NCBI GenBank assembly: GCA_964016885.1 | Contig: OZ024740.1 | Location: 189,534,001 to 189,598,000 of the forward strand | Source of the DNA: Eledone cirrhosa | Taxonomy: Eukaryota | Direction of reading: 5' to 3' | DNA length: 64,000 nt | In this document: positions 1-12,211 of the stretch, in pieces | Position numbering within the stretch: the first letter of the stretch is position 1 | Layout of the letters: every line of letters starts with the position of its first letter | Notes under the pieces: model-generated | Seen by the model: only the letters and a program-made list of their open reading frames with translations | Databases searched by the model: none | Told to the model about the DNA's origin: nothing | Translations under genes and position numbers: made by a program

Positions 1-1550
1 GCTCTTTATGATGTTGTGTGTTTGGAGGATTTTGTTCATTCTTGCGTCTCGTTTTAGTAAAGGAATGTTATGGAGGATGGTGTCGAATGTCTCATTGTTG
101 AGGGGGTTGTGTATGGAGATGTATGGTAGCGTTTTCTGTTGCGGTTCATTCCTGCGTTTGTGGTGTTTGAGTTCCTGGATGTTGAGTTTTAGGGCACGTT
201 GGAATCCATTGTTGATTAGGGATGGTGGGTAGTTTCTGCTGATAAGTGTGTTCATTAATTATTCTAGTCGTGTGTAGCATGTGTATTTATCTGAAACTAT
301 TGTGCAGATCCTTCTGGCTAGGTTATAAGGAATTGCCATTTTGGTATGGCGAAGGTGGCACGAGCTAAATGGAAGATATTGTTTGGAGTCTGGAGGATGA
401 AGCAGTCGTCCAGATATCTCTTCCTGTTTTTTTTCTGTGTCGGTAGAAGTGTTAACCGTATTTTTCTAGAACTTTGCGGCAGAGTGGTTTCCAAATATAC
501 CATGACAAGGTTGGCGTATGAGGGGGCTACTTTCGTGCCCATGGCAGTCCCAGATTTGTAGTATTTGGCATCGAATTCGAAGAAGTTGTTTTACAAGATG
601 AAGTTGTTTTACAAGATGAATTTGAGTCCCTCCAACACAAATTGTTTAGGGATGCGCTGTGGGAGTTCACTAGAGAACTTTTCAAGCCAGAGTTGTCTTG
701 CCTCTATACCTAGGTTGTGTGGGATTTTGGAATATAGATTGATGACATCAAAGGTTACTAGTAGGGTATGTTCATTATTAAGTGTTGTTGGAGGTGATTG
801 AAAATGTCAAGGTCGTCCCTTATGAAGCTTTTTATGTGTTTTAGGAAAGGTTTAAGCAGAATATCTAGGAAGTTGCTTAGGCGGTAGGTTTCACATGTAG
901 TACCTTCTATTATGGGTCTTAATTTAAGGTCATCAGGAGGGGTATATTGATGTAAATGTCTGTGGCTTGCTTGCAGACCCTGCCTATTACTTCGCTTTTT
1001 TTGTGTCTTTGGGATAACGTAGAAAAGGCTGGTTCTGCTTTTGAAATTGGTGATGTAGTTGTATTCCTTGTCGGTAAGGCCTTCTTTGTAAAGGGTTGTT
1101 AGGGATTTTAGGTTTCTCATTATTTTCTGTTGTGTGTAGAGTTGGGCCTTTTCGCAATATGTTTGGTTTTCTAGAGTTGAGAGTAGTAGAGTCGTGTAGT
1201 AATCTGTCCTCATAAGGATTACTGCACTCCCTTTATCCGCCTCTTTGAATGTTAGGGTTTTATCGTTCTTTAGACTGTTAAGACGATTCCATTCTCTTTT
1301 GCTTAGGTTTGGTTTTTGTTTATGTCTGTGTAGTCGGTGTTATGGGTAATTAGTAATGTGTTCGCAGAATTGATCGAGGAATTTGTTCTTGCCTTTTGGT
1401 GGGGTGTAGTTGCTTCTATTTCTGGCTATTGAGTCATCCTCATTGTATTTGTCGTATAGTTGCACGCTGAGTCTTAGTTTTCTACAGGATTCTGCAATGT
1501 CTTCCTTCATTTCGGGGTAGTTTGGTCATTGGGAAGTTGGTGCCAATTTC
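1..1550 (-). pseudogene. Degraded Penelope-like (Neptune-type) reverse transcriptase, running off the left edge
   Basis: Minus-strand frames give KEADKGSAVILM, LKLRPII, FIRDDLD, GTAMGTKVAPSYANL and RYLDDCFIL (PLE RT motifs); broken by frameshifts and stops. Confidence 0.88.
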
Positions 1551-1619
1551 AGAAAAAAGAGAAAACAATAAAAGGAAAACAAAATATTTTTCTTCCTAAT
1601 TTCATATATATATATACAA

Positions 1620-2092
1620 TGATATTAAATAAATGGAAACCATATTTATAAAACCATATTTATTTTATTATATATATTTCAAGGGTAACCAATACAACAT
1701 TGGTACGCTTTCATCAGATAAAATACAAAGTTTGTTTTATAAATAGAGACATACCCATGAAAATCATACCTTATCGTTTGGAAATTCACTGGGTAGTGGA
1801 AATATATTAGGGATTATTCAAACTTATGTGTGAATATGCAAATGAATATGTAAATTATTCAAAAGCAACCGTTTATTTAAATGACACTGGAAAAAGAGAG
1901 AGAGAAAAATATAAGGGGATATAGATACGAGAGAGATAGAGAAAAGAAATAGACAAGAGAAGATGAATAAAACCTTATATAACGTTAATTTGGGGGAAAT
2001 ATATTCTAACTATATATCTAATAGAACGTGTATTTACGATTATTGTTTAAAATTCTTTTCTAATATAATATTTTCTGTTATAAGTAGATAGA

Positions 2093-2127
<35 letters not shown>

Positions 2128-2640
2128 ATAGATAAATAAATGAATAGATGGGTATATCGTTTTATAGATAATTGTTTTAATGGGTTATGAGGGATATTGG
2201 TTTTGTATTTAATGTAAGTAAATATTAAGTTAAACTAAGTTAAATTAACTGAGTTAATAAGAATATTTATATTTATATATTTTAAAACGGGAAGATACGG
2301 AAAAACTCCAGTGTTATTTATTTATTCGTTAGTATGAGACTATTTTGTCAAAATAACTATAAATGTTGAAAGATATATTTAGCCAGAATTAGTTAATGGT
2401 TATAAATCTAATAAAAGATATTGAAAAAATATTAAAAATTTGAGAAAGTTTTTTTTTAAATAATTCATAAGAGATAAGTAAATTTCAAAAAATAAGTAAT
2501 TTTTTAAAAAGAGGTAGAAATTAAAGAAATAAAAAATAAAGAATTAAAAATTATTAAGATTAAAGTTACAATTAAAATTATAATTAAAATTGAAAAAAAT
2601 TAGAACTATATATGTATATATTTTATGAAAATTTAAGAAT
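1620..2640 (-). mobile_element. Diverged 3' region (pLTR) relic related to the Naiad family at 42-64 kb
   Basis: 1621-1760 aligns by eye with 42420-42560 and 50641-50790 (AAATAAATGGAAAC..TTTATAAAACCATATTTATTT..TCATCAG); the right boundary is uncertain. Confidence 0.65.
1661..1725 (-). ncRNA. Type I hammerhead ribozyme
   Basis: Reverse complement: TATTTTAT-CTGATGA-stem II (ACCAAT/ATTGGT)-GAAA-TATATA-TA-ATAAAATA; perfect 8-bp stem I. Confidence 0.85.
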
Positions 2641-2677
2641 GTCTCCTCGGTCCGATTTGACGAAAGTCGATTGACTG

Positions 2678-2715
<38 letters not shown>

Positions 2716-2762
2716 AAGTAAAAGCGAAGTAGTTTCAGATGTTCAAGTCCTTTAATAATAAT

Positions 2763-2836
2763 GCTGTGATATATATTTCAATGACGACACTGGCCACACT
2801 GTTCTGTGTGCGAGTGTCGTGACATCATAAGACAGC
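2763..2836 (-). ncRNA. Hammerhead-like motif (CUUAUGA core), mirror copy
   Basis: Reverse complement of 3012-3085. Confidence 0.6.
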
Positions 2837-3011
2837 TTGTTACATAATAAGGTTGTTTCCGAGGCAATCCAAATTGAATCGACATGGGAACGGATGAAGT
2901 TCGTGCTTTTTCCCACAAGGGAACGGATGAAAAACCCAAAAGCACGAACTTCATCCGTTCCCATGTCGATTCAATTTGGATTGCCTCAGAAACAACCTTA
3001 TTATGTAACAA

Positions 3012-3085
3012 GCTGTCTTATGATGTCACGACACTCGCACACAGAACAGTGTGGCCAGTGTCGTCATTGAAATATATATCACAGC
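3012..3085 (+). ncRNA. Hammerhead-like motif with G5U core and long stem II
   Basis: GCTGT-CTTATGA-(ACGACACT..CACAC/GTGTG..AGTGTCGT)-GAAA-TATATA-TC-ACAGC. Confidence 0.6.
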
Positions 3086-3380
3086 ATTATTATTAAAGGA
3101 CTTGAACATCTGAAACTACTTCGCTTTTACTTATTCGATATTTACTCCGTCACTCCTATGTGGAAAAAGTACGTTGAGTGCTTGAATTGAATTGCATCAA
3201 TGTTTACCCTAATAATATATATATATATATATAGTAATAAGAATATTTGTATTTATATATGCTTAATACAACTATAAATATGGAAGGTATGACAATAGGC
3301 TCAATGCAAATTTTTAAGTGTTTTACGGAGCCGAGATGCAGAGTGTTAAAACGATCAAATTTTAGTTTAGAACATTTATT

Positions 3381-3427
3381 TGCTGACAATTGTTTCTTCC
3401 AGAGTGAGGTCTGATATCATCGGAGCA
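3381..3427 (-). ncRNA. Hammerhead-like motif (CCGAUGA core)
   Basis: Reverse complement: TGCT-CCGATGA-..CAG/CTG..-GAAA-CAATTG-TC-AGCA. Confidence 0.6.
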
Positions 3428-3642
3428 TAGGGAATGTCAAAACATGTGACTGAAATCCTAGTTATTCAGAACATTTACGGTACATAATTGTTGTTAGTGT
3501 CATATGCATCATTGTGTTCTCTCAAGCTTAACATCTTTTTAACTCCTGACTCTCCGCATGATGCCTATGACACTAACAACAATTATCTACCCTAAATGTT
3601 CTGAATGACTAGGATTTTAGTCACATGTTTCGACATTCCCTA

Positions 3643-3687
3643 TGCTCCGATGAATCCAACCTCCCCTGGCAGAAACAATTGTCAGCA
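3643..3687 (+). ncRNA. Hammerhead-like motif (CCGAUGA core)
   Basis: TGCT-CCGATGA-weak stem II-GAAA-CAATTG-TC-AGCA. Confidence 0.55.
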
Positions 3688-3737
3688 AATAAATGTTCTA
3701 AATTAAAATTTGATCGTTTTAACACTTTGGATATATA

Positions 3738-3938
3738 TATTTATTAAAATAACAGATTAAAGTTTAAGCCAAAAATCGCTGCTTTCACCCTTAACGGGAT
3801 CTACTGAAAGCAGCGATTCTTTGCTTAAACTTTAATCTGTTATTTTAATAAATATTTGCTCTAGGGTTCTTATATATTTGATATATATTTATCCTTATCG
3901 CGCCCTCTTTGGATTTTGGTCTTCACATTTATTATTAT

Positions 3939-3945
<7 letters not shown>
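3738..3945. mobile_element. Mini fold-back made only of the pLTR end of the Naiad element at 4790-8725
   Basis: 3738-3810 matches 4863-4933, and 3806-3940 matches 8582-8720; flanked by (TA)n. Confidence 0.85.
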
Positions 3946-4036
<91 letters not shown>

Positions 4037-4143
4037 GTGTGGTTGTGTGTGTGTGTAAAAGGTGTAGGCAGAAATAACAACACAATTGGTGCAGTATACG
4101 GAAGGGATATATTAGGTTAACGCTTGATATAGCAGGAAGAGGG

Positions 4144-4181
4144 TCTCAACGTTTCGGACGCTAGACTCCTTCATCAGAAGA
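4144..4181 (-). ncRNA. Minimal hammerhead ribozyme in a probable solo pLTR (~4060-4770)
   Basis: Reverse complement: TCTT-CTGATGA-A-GGA/TCC-GAAA-CG-TT-GAGA. Confidence 0.65.
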
Positions 4182-4789
4182 AATAATGAGAAATAAGATA
4201 GATTGAGGGGACTGGCGGATTGGAAATGGAATAAAATGTCTTCAGATAAAAATAACAGGTCATTCATGTTGACATCTTTTGCAAAACTGTTGGTGCTTGC
4301 GTTTTGTGTATGATTCATTTTTTGAAAAGTGGATTATGGAGCGTGTCTACCTGAAATGGAAAAACAAAACCGTTTTGTAAAAAGAGCTATACTTGTGCAC
4401 GTGACTAAGCATGTGTGTGTGTGTTATTAAACGTCCGTACGAAGCTAAGAGGAAATGTGTGTGTATATGTAAGTAAAAGTGTGTGTGTGCATGTAAGTAC
4501 GAAGGTATGAGCAACATTATGTTAATATAAAGGTGTGTATTTGTGTATACAGAGCTGTGAAGGGAAAGGTGGAGTCAGCATATATAGTCGGTGTGTATTA
4601 GTTGTAAGAGAAGATATTAATGATCAAGAGAGAGCGATAGGAATCTAGAGGTGAATGTACAGGCATGTGTGATAATAGACGGGATGTTAACGAAATTGCG
4701 GAGGTGAGTTGAGTCCAAAAGGGGAATAGGACCCAAGGCGGTGAATCAGACTTTGTTCAGTCCTGGTGATATATATATATATATATATA

Positions 4790-7700
4790 ATAATAAATGT
4801 CAAGACTAAAATCCTAAGAGGGCTCGATAAGGATTATATATATATAAAAACCGTAGAGCAAATATTTATTAAAATAACAGATTAAAGTTTAAGCAAAGAA
4901 TCGCTGCTTTCACCCTTAACGGGATCTTCTGAAACTAACAAAGTCAATCTGTAAACGCAGAACTGGATATTAAAAAAAACGTTGCAACCGGAGGAAGACA
5001 GGAAGACGATACTTTGGTTCGTGGTAACGTTCGCTGGCAAAGAACGGGAAAAAACGAATAATACGTCATTAATAGGAGCGGTGAAAAACAATTACGTGCA
5101 AGGACAGAACCACGTTTATGGTATAAAAGAGGTCGTAGACTAATGTTCTCTAAGTGGTGCATAGAGACGTTCTCTGGTAATGAACGAAAAAACGAAGATA
5201 ATAAGTCATATGTTGAGCGTGGAGAACAATAGCGTGCAAAGACAAAACCACGTAAATGGTATAGCAGAAGTCGTAGACTAAAATTCTAACTAGGAGACCG
5301 AATGAATCTCCGCTACAGAGTTAAGAACAAAGTAAATAAATACAATACAGAAGTAATAGGAACAAATAAATACATACACGCAAACAGATACGTACATACA
5401 CAAGCATACGCAAAACCTTACCATAGGTATACAAAACCACGCACATATAAATATGTGTATGTGTGTATGCTTGTGTACAAATAAATAAATAATTATATAA
5501 ACGTATATAAGTAAATAAATACGTATATAACAAGCACACACACATACCTACAAATAAATATATGAAGGTTCGGAGACGTAAGTCAACTAAAACAAGAAGT
5601 ACACATATACACGCACCCACCATACGTACGAGCCTGCATACTCACGCAGACGCAAAACTCCCATATACACATAACCAAGCCCTAAATACCAGAATATGTA
5701 AAAATTATACGCCAAAACAGTCAAATATACGTACGAGAAGGTATACATACCTTCACAAAACATACGGGTAATATATACTTACCTATGCAAATAAGTAAAG
5801 GAATAAACAAAACATATACTTAGCTCTCACATCAAGACGTAAATATCCACGTATAGATCGTGCTATCCGTTAGGGTATAACGTAGGGCTGTAATACAGGA
5901 AAGTTTTGTGTAATTTATGTTTACAAGCCGAAATTGCCTCAGATTTTTTGTTTAAGATGTGGTCTGTGGCGTAGAGTATTTCCAGGGCCTCAGCGGCGCA
6001 GAGGTCATATGGTCTTTTATTTCCGTTATACGATCTAGCCCTAGCTAGGATCTCCCAATGTAACTTATATTGTGTGTGGTTGTCTTTTAGATTCCAGATA
6101 TAAGCTGAAAGTGACGTCATATTCCTTCTTAGAGGGTAACGAAACGAATGGGTATGCATGTAAAGACGCTGCTTGAAACTATTGGCGGTTAACCCTATGT
6201 AGGCCCTACGGGACGTGGGTGTTACAACCTTACATTTGTAGACAATGTTACTAGAGAGGCATTTCCCGGATAGGGGACAATCAGCCCGATTCCTACAATT
6301 ACAGTTAGTACTAACTACAGGGTTGCACGTGTTCCTACGGCTAGGTATTTTAGCTAATTTGATGCTGTGATGTTATGTGCAAGGTTAGGAGTCGTTGAGT
6401 AAGACATTTTAATAGTGTTTCTATTAAAGATTTTACTATATTTATGTGTAGGAGGAAAATGCTTCGTAATAAGGGAAAGAAAGATCTTAGCTAATGGTGT
6501 GGCCACCTCCATATTATATGGTGGGTTAAACCAACAAAAGCGACGGGATCTATTTCTTCCAGGTCTATACTCGTACTCTGTATATGCTACCTTATCGACA
6601 AATCCACTTCAAGCAAGAGCTTCATTGTAATAAGTGGAATGGTCGTTGAAAATGCGCTCGTTGGTGGAAAGACGGGAAAGCCTCAACGAAACGTTTTTTA
6701 CCAGGTTCTTGGTTATGCTGGCAGGATGGTTGGAATGCTTACTTATGTAATTAAGCGTATCATTCGGCTTTCTATACGGGTAATGCAACCCATTCAATAA
6801 ATTGAGGGTAACGTCGAGGTAATTAACAACCGAGAGATTGGCCTCAACCTGTATAGAGAGGTTGAAGCCTTTAAAGAAGGCTGTGAGTTCTTTTCTGAAT
6901 CTGTCGCAAGCACGAGGTCCGCACTTAGTCATGGTAAAAAGGCCATCGTCACGGTACAAACCACCGCCCACGTTGGGGAATTCGTCCTTGATAGAGAAAA
7001 GAAGGAAAAGGCCAATAAGATCAGTAACCTCCGCAGAGTCACTGGCGCCCATACTCACGTCGAATGGGGTACTATTGGATTTTTTAATCCAAATAGAATC
7101 GTCGAAATTAATCACCGACTTTCGGGCATTAAGGATGACATCAACTTCGAAATCCTAACCACTGTGAGTGTTTTAGCGAAATTGATAGCTCTAAGGAGAA
7201 GTGGTAAAGTGATGGAGGAGTAGTAATTATTGATGTCGAATTGGATAAAACGGCAATGTTCCTTGTTACATATGCCGTTGAACCAATCAATCACCGCGAA
7301 AGAATTGTTCCACAGTGCGAGAGGAGCCAAATTTCTAATTTCAGGTATAATTCTATCAAGAATCGTTTTACTAAGTCTACCTAAATCGGACTTCGTAGGG
7401 TTAATAAGCCGAATAGAGGGGTTGTTCGGAAAATTGGATGTGTGGTCCTTCAGGGTAAAGTGGGGAGAGATAGGGTCCAGGGGTTCGGTCCGGTCCAGGA
7501 TGTTGAGATCAGATGTGATTTTAAACCCAGCATCGTTGATTTCATTGATGACACACCGATTAGTTTTACGGTAATCCTTAGTTACAGCATTATGTAGTAG
7601 TTGATGGTAAGTACTGCGCTCCACTTGATATAGGTTGCCAGTCTTGTCGGAACGGACGTGCACGGCGTTAGAATCCTTAATAGAACGAATTCTATTCTTC

Positions 7701-8725
7701 AGGTCTTGCTGGAAGGAATTGCTCCTATTCCGAAATTTGATACTCCGAATGAGTTCCAAGACATCATTTTCGATGGGTAGCAATGCTGGGTTCCACGGAG
7801 GGTTATTATAGGTTTTAAATCCAAATTTGTCCTGCTTGTTGTCTGCTTTTCGCGGATTATCGAAATAAAAGGCATGCCAACGCAACCTTTTAATGAACGC
7901 GTCTGTTTTCTGTATCAGGAGTTTTAGGTATGTTTTCCTGCTTGGTACGGGTATGTTCTTTGTAGAAATATTCAGATGTTGTTTCTGCATGATGAATATA
8001 AGTCAGTAGAGTGCTCAACCGAAGCATACACACATACACATATTTATATGTGCGTGGTTTTGTATACCTATGGTAAGGTTTTGCGTATGCTTGTGTATGT
8101 ACGTATCTGTTTGCGTGTATGTATTTATTTGTTCCTATTACTTCTGTATTGTATTTATTTACTTTGTTCTTAACTCTGTAGCGGAGATTCATTCGGTCTC
8201 CTAGTTAGAATTTTAGTCTACGACTTCTGCTATACCATTTACGTGGTTTTGTCTTTGCACGCTATTGTTCTCCACGCTCAACCTATGACTTATTATCTTC
8301 GTTTTTTCGTTCATTGCCAGAGAACGTCTCTATGCACCACTTAGAGAACATTAGTCTACGACCTCTTTTATACCATAAACGTGGTTCTGTCCTTGCACGT
8401 AATTGTTTTTCACCGCTCCTATTAATGACGTATTATTCGTTTTTTCCCGTTCTTTGCCAGCGAACGTCACCATGAACCAAAGTATCGTCTTCCTGTCTTC
8501 CTCCGGTTGCAGCGTTTTTTGAAATATCCAGTTCTGCGTTTACAGATTGACTTTGTTAGTTTCAGAAGATCCCGTTAAGGGTGAAAGCAGCGATTCTTTG
8601 CTTAAACTTTAATCTGTTATTTTAATAAATATTTGCTCTTCGGTTCTTATATATTTGATATATATTTTCCTTATCGAGCCCTCTCTGGATTTTAGTCTTC
8701 AATTTTATTATTATTACTATTATTA
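4790..8725 (-). mobile_element. Near full-length Naiad-like Penelope element with ~680-bp inverted pLTR arms
   Basis: Arms 4790-5472 and 8022-8710 are inverted copies; the interior encodes RT plus GIY-YIG; (TA)n on both sides. Confidence 0.92.
5863..7990 (-). pseudogene. Naiad-like PLE polyprotein (N-terminus, RT, thumb, Cys knuckle, GIY-YIG), disrupted
   Basis: STKNIPVPS..IKRLRWHAFYF, SDKTGNLY, IRLINPTKSDLG, FDINNYY, MGASDSAEV, GLYRDDGL, WFNPPY, CNCRNRADCPLSGKC, IVY..YIG; frameshifts near 7160 and 6350, TGA at 6609-6611. Confidence 0.92.
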
Positions 8726-8726
8726 C

Positions 8727-8758
<32 letters not shown>

Positions 8759-9220
8759 TATAATGTAATACATTTGAAATATTGTCACCCCACCGTAAAT
8801 CAGTATAAAAATAGTCAATCACGATAAATAGTAGCTGATAAATCTGGATAAATATCACCAAAGACGGAAAGTAGAAGCGAGGCGTTTACAGGCATTAATT
8901 TGTGACAGTTAATTAGAACAATATTTCTCAAGTAACTCGAGTTTTACAGTTATTGCATTCCTGGTTAATGCACTACTGATTACAAGAGTGAGACTCCGAC
9001 AATTTCTTCGACCTGAATTGTTAAACATCTCCTGTGAAACAGACTAGTTTATTCGGCTTTTGAAATATTTGTCTTCAACATTTTTCAAAGCATAGAACAA
9101 TTACTATTTTCCACAGTTTTACTGCTTACACTATTCTACTACCACCGTACACCCTCAAGTATCACACTAATTAAATATATCTGTATGTGTATATAAGTGT
9201 ATATATATATATATATATAA

Positions 9221-9253
<33 letters not shown>

Positions 9254-9262
9254 TATATATAA

Positions 9263-9294
<32 letters not shown>

Positions 9295-9329
9295 TCATAT
9301 ATATATTTATATATATATGTATATATATT

Positions 9330-9445
<116 letters not shown>

Positions 9446-9488
9446 TATATACATATATGTGTGTGTGTGTGTGTATAAGTGTATAAAT

Positions 9489-9519
<31 letters not shown>

Positions 9520-9539
9520 TATGTCTGGGTGCGTGTAAA

Positions 9540-9583
<44 letters not shown>

Positions 9584-10429
9584 GTTTCTGTTTGTGTGTG
9601 TTTACGTGCGCGTGTGAGCTTGCATATTTTTCATCGCTTATTGCCCGAAAGGCAGATCAGTTCGACAGGATATTAGGTTTCCGTCAATATTTGCCTTATC
9701 TTCAAGTTTTTTCAAATTTTTATAGAGAAATCTTGTCATAAAATCTTAATAAAAAACACCTTTTCGATGAAGAGGTGAATAAAAACATCCGAATGCATCG
9801 ACAACAAAGGAATTTCTACCTAAATCTCAAATATATTTTTTACGCTAGAGAATGTCTTGCGGGTATCTTTAATCACGAACGACTAGTTCGTGAGATATGA
9901 TGGAAACAAAATTTCGCAGATTAGTTGAACAGCTAAAAAAGGCAAAACTTGAGCCGTAATGAATAGAAGTTACTGACGAACTGCTCTGATCTTTTAGGCA
10001 ATAAGAGAGAAAAAATGACAGGAATATTATTGCTTCATAATCATTCTTCATCTCCATCATCTCCTATTTCAGTAACTCCATATAACATCGAATACACTTG
10101 GCAATATAAAACTGAACACTATGATGTTTTCTAACTTCAGTTGAACATTATTGGTACATAAAACACACATTAGATACACCTATGAATTTCCTTATAAAGC
10201 TACACAGACGATGATTTCATGGGTCGAAACGCCCGTATTCAGATACATGAAGCAAGAAATGAATTAATCCTGATTATTTAGCAAATTTTTGATGTTTTCA
10301 AATGATATAGAAGAAGTTAAGTTTAAAAATACTGCTTCGGTATATATGTATGGATTTAGTACGTAACTATGTATGTGTGCATTCATGTATGTGTGTGCGT
10401 GTGTTTATAAGTATATATATATATATTTG

Positions 10430-10579
<150 letters not shown>

Positions 10580-10649
10580 GAGTGAATTCACTTTCACTGT
10601 TTTTCTCTCTCTATACTACATATACTCATAAGCACACATACACACACAC

Positions 10650-10686
<37 letters not shown>

Positions 10687-10689
<3 letters not shown>

Positions 10690-10760
10690 AGATCAAGATC
10701 GGAAGGTCGTGAGTTCAATTCTCGGCGACCTGTGGTATCCTTGGGAAAGTCACATTATTA
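10687..10760 (+). mobile_element. tRNA-derived SINE fragment
   Basis: B-box-like GGTCGTGAGTTCAATTCTC followed by TCCTTGGGAAAGTCAC; near-identical copy at 14227-14300. Confidence 0.55.
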
Positions 10761-11569
10761 TCTGTGTTAGAAAATGTTTAAAACGAAATATTTTACTTTG
10801 TGTGAAGTGTAAGGTATTAATTGATTTATTCATATATGTATGTGTATATATATATGTATATATATATCATGTCAGGTCACCAGCTGGTGCTACTCGTAAC
10901 ATGTATCCCAGTACAACCTGTCTCATGGTCGGGTCGTTGGCGACTAAACTGGCAACCCCACCAAGGTTTCTTGGTGAGGAGGGTGACTTTGCACATCCTG
11001 CAGGACTAAAAATAAAACCTGTCAAAGGGCAAAGGAGCTCTTAAGAGTCAATGGCCTTCCAAAATCACCGGGAGAGATGACCGCTTACCCTTTGTAAAGG
11101 CAGAATTCAAGGAGAAGTAAAACTCTGATATAACACCTGCAACTCTGATGGTATCCAATGATGTTGACTTGTTCTTCTTTTTGGTAAATATCATCTTGGT
11201 TAAGAGAGTGGGACTGGCTTTGTGCAGTGCCTTTGCTCACTATAAAAGCTTCACGGCACAGGCATTGATTTATATCTGGAGATCTCTCTGCACTTGTCGT
11301 CACATGGTACCATGGGACCAGCACTATGTGTCAATATTTGTCACAACTGTAGTGTTTGTACCAGAGTTTTCAAGTCGCTGGCTGGACTAAAAAGTCACAC
11401 TCGTTCAGCGCATCGGTAGGAGTTCTCCTACATGGTTATAAAGTAGTGGCCGTACTCGAAAACGAGTTGGCAGCCACCATATATATATATATATTGAGAT
11501 CAAGATCGGTGTTAAGGTATTAATTGATTTATTTATATATGTATATATATATATATATATATATTTAAA

Positions 11570-12160
11570 CGGTGAATCCATACGTACATATATATATCTG
11601 TGCATGTATGTATATATATGTACATACTATTGTACGTCTGTATACATATATGTATGTACGTGTACACACTTATATTTAAGTAACAGCCGTACTAAGAGTG
11701 GGAAATGAAATTTCGTTTCATTTTTTCCGTTTATCGTTTTCGGTGCACCCGGCCAATTAACCCACTTGATCTGCAAATTGGGCTACTCATCCGTTAATAT
11801 GCATAAGGTAAGTACATACGTTCAACAATCTGGCAGGAAGGTTTACGTTGCTGACGATAGCTAATAAGCTTGAAACTAGGACACGCGTTCCTTTGTCAGT
11901 GTTGAACAAACGAGCAACAATGGTTGCTTGAAACTACGGCTTAATACGGCAAGTTTATTTACAAACACACCGAACATTATAATAAATGTTCGGTGAATCC
12001 ATACGGACATATATATATGTGTGCATGTATGTATATATATATATATATATACATAGTAGTGTACGTCTGTATACATATATGTATGTACGTGAACATACTT
12101 ATATTTAAGTAACAGCCGTACTAAGAGTGGGAAATGAAATTTCGTTTCATTTTTTCCGTT
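11570..12160 (+). mobile_element. Non-coding unit with ~165-bp direct repeats around a degenerate hammerhead
   Basis: 11570-11731 is repeated at 11991-12160; 11851-11881 reads CTGACGA-T-AGCT/AGCT-T-GAAA-CTAG-GA. Confidence 0.6.
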
Positions 12161-12211
12161 ATGATATATTGGTAAAAGGAAAAGAAAATGATAACAAATT
12201 GTTCCCAGTGA

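Larger units (their letters stand above)
2712..3136. repeat. Near-perfect palindrome (199-bp arms, 27-nt loop); fold-back of an HHR-bearing unit
   Basis: 2712-2910 is the reverse complement of 2938-3136; mirrored ORFs in the track confirm this; left flank is (TA)n. Confidence 0.95.
3342..3726. repeat. Older, diverged fold-back (~170-bp arms)
   Basis: 3342-3512 is an imperfect reverse complement of 3557-3726. Confidence 0.9.

Noticed and set aside
2752-3096. Mirror-image small ORFs on both strands
   Set aside because: A by-product of the palindrome
6609-6611. In-frame TGA in a Naiad ORF as possible selenocysteine (reported for some Naiads)
   Set aside because: It aligns with Arg (ALARAG in the other family), so it is most simply CGA->TGA decay; the knuckle cysteines I read are TGT/TGC
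10200-10240. CAGACGA..GAAACG hammerhead-like string
   Set aside because: Core, cleavage site and stem I are all defective
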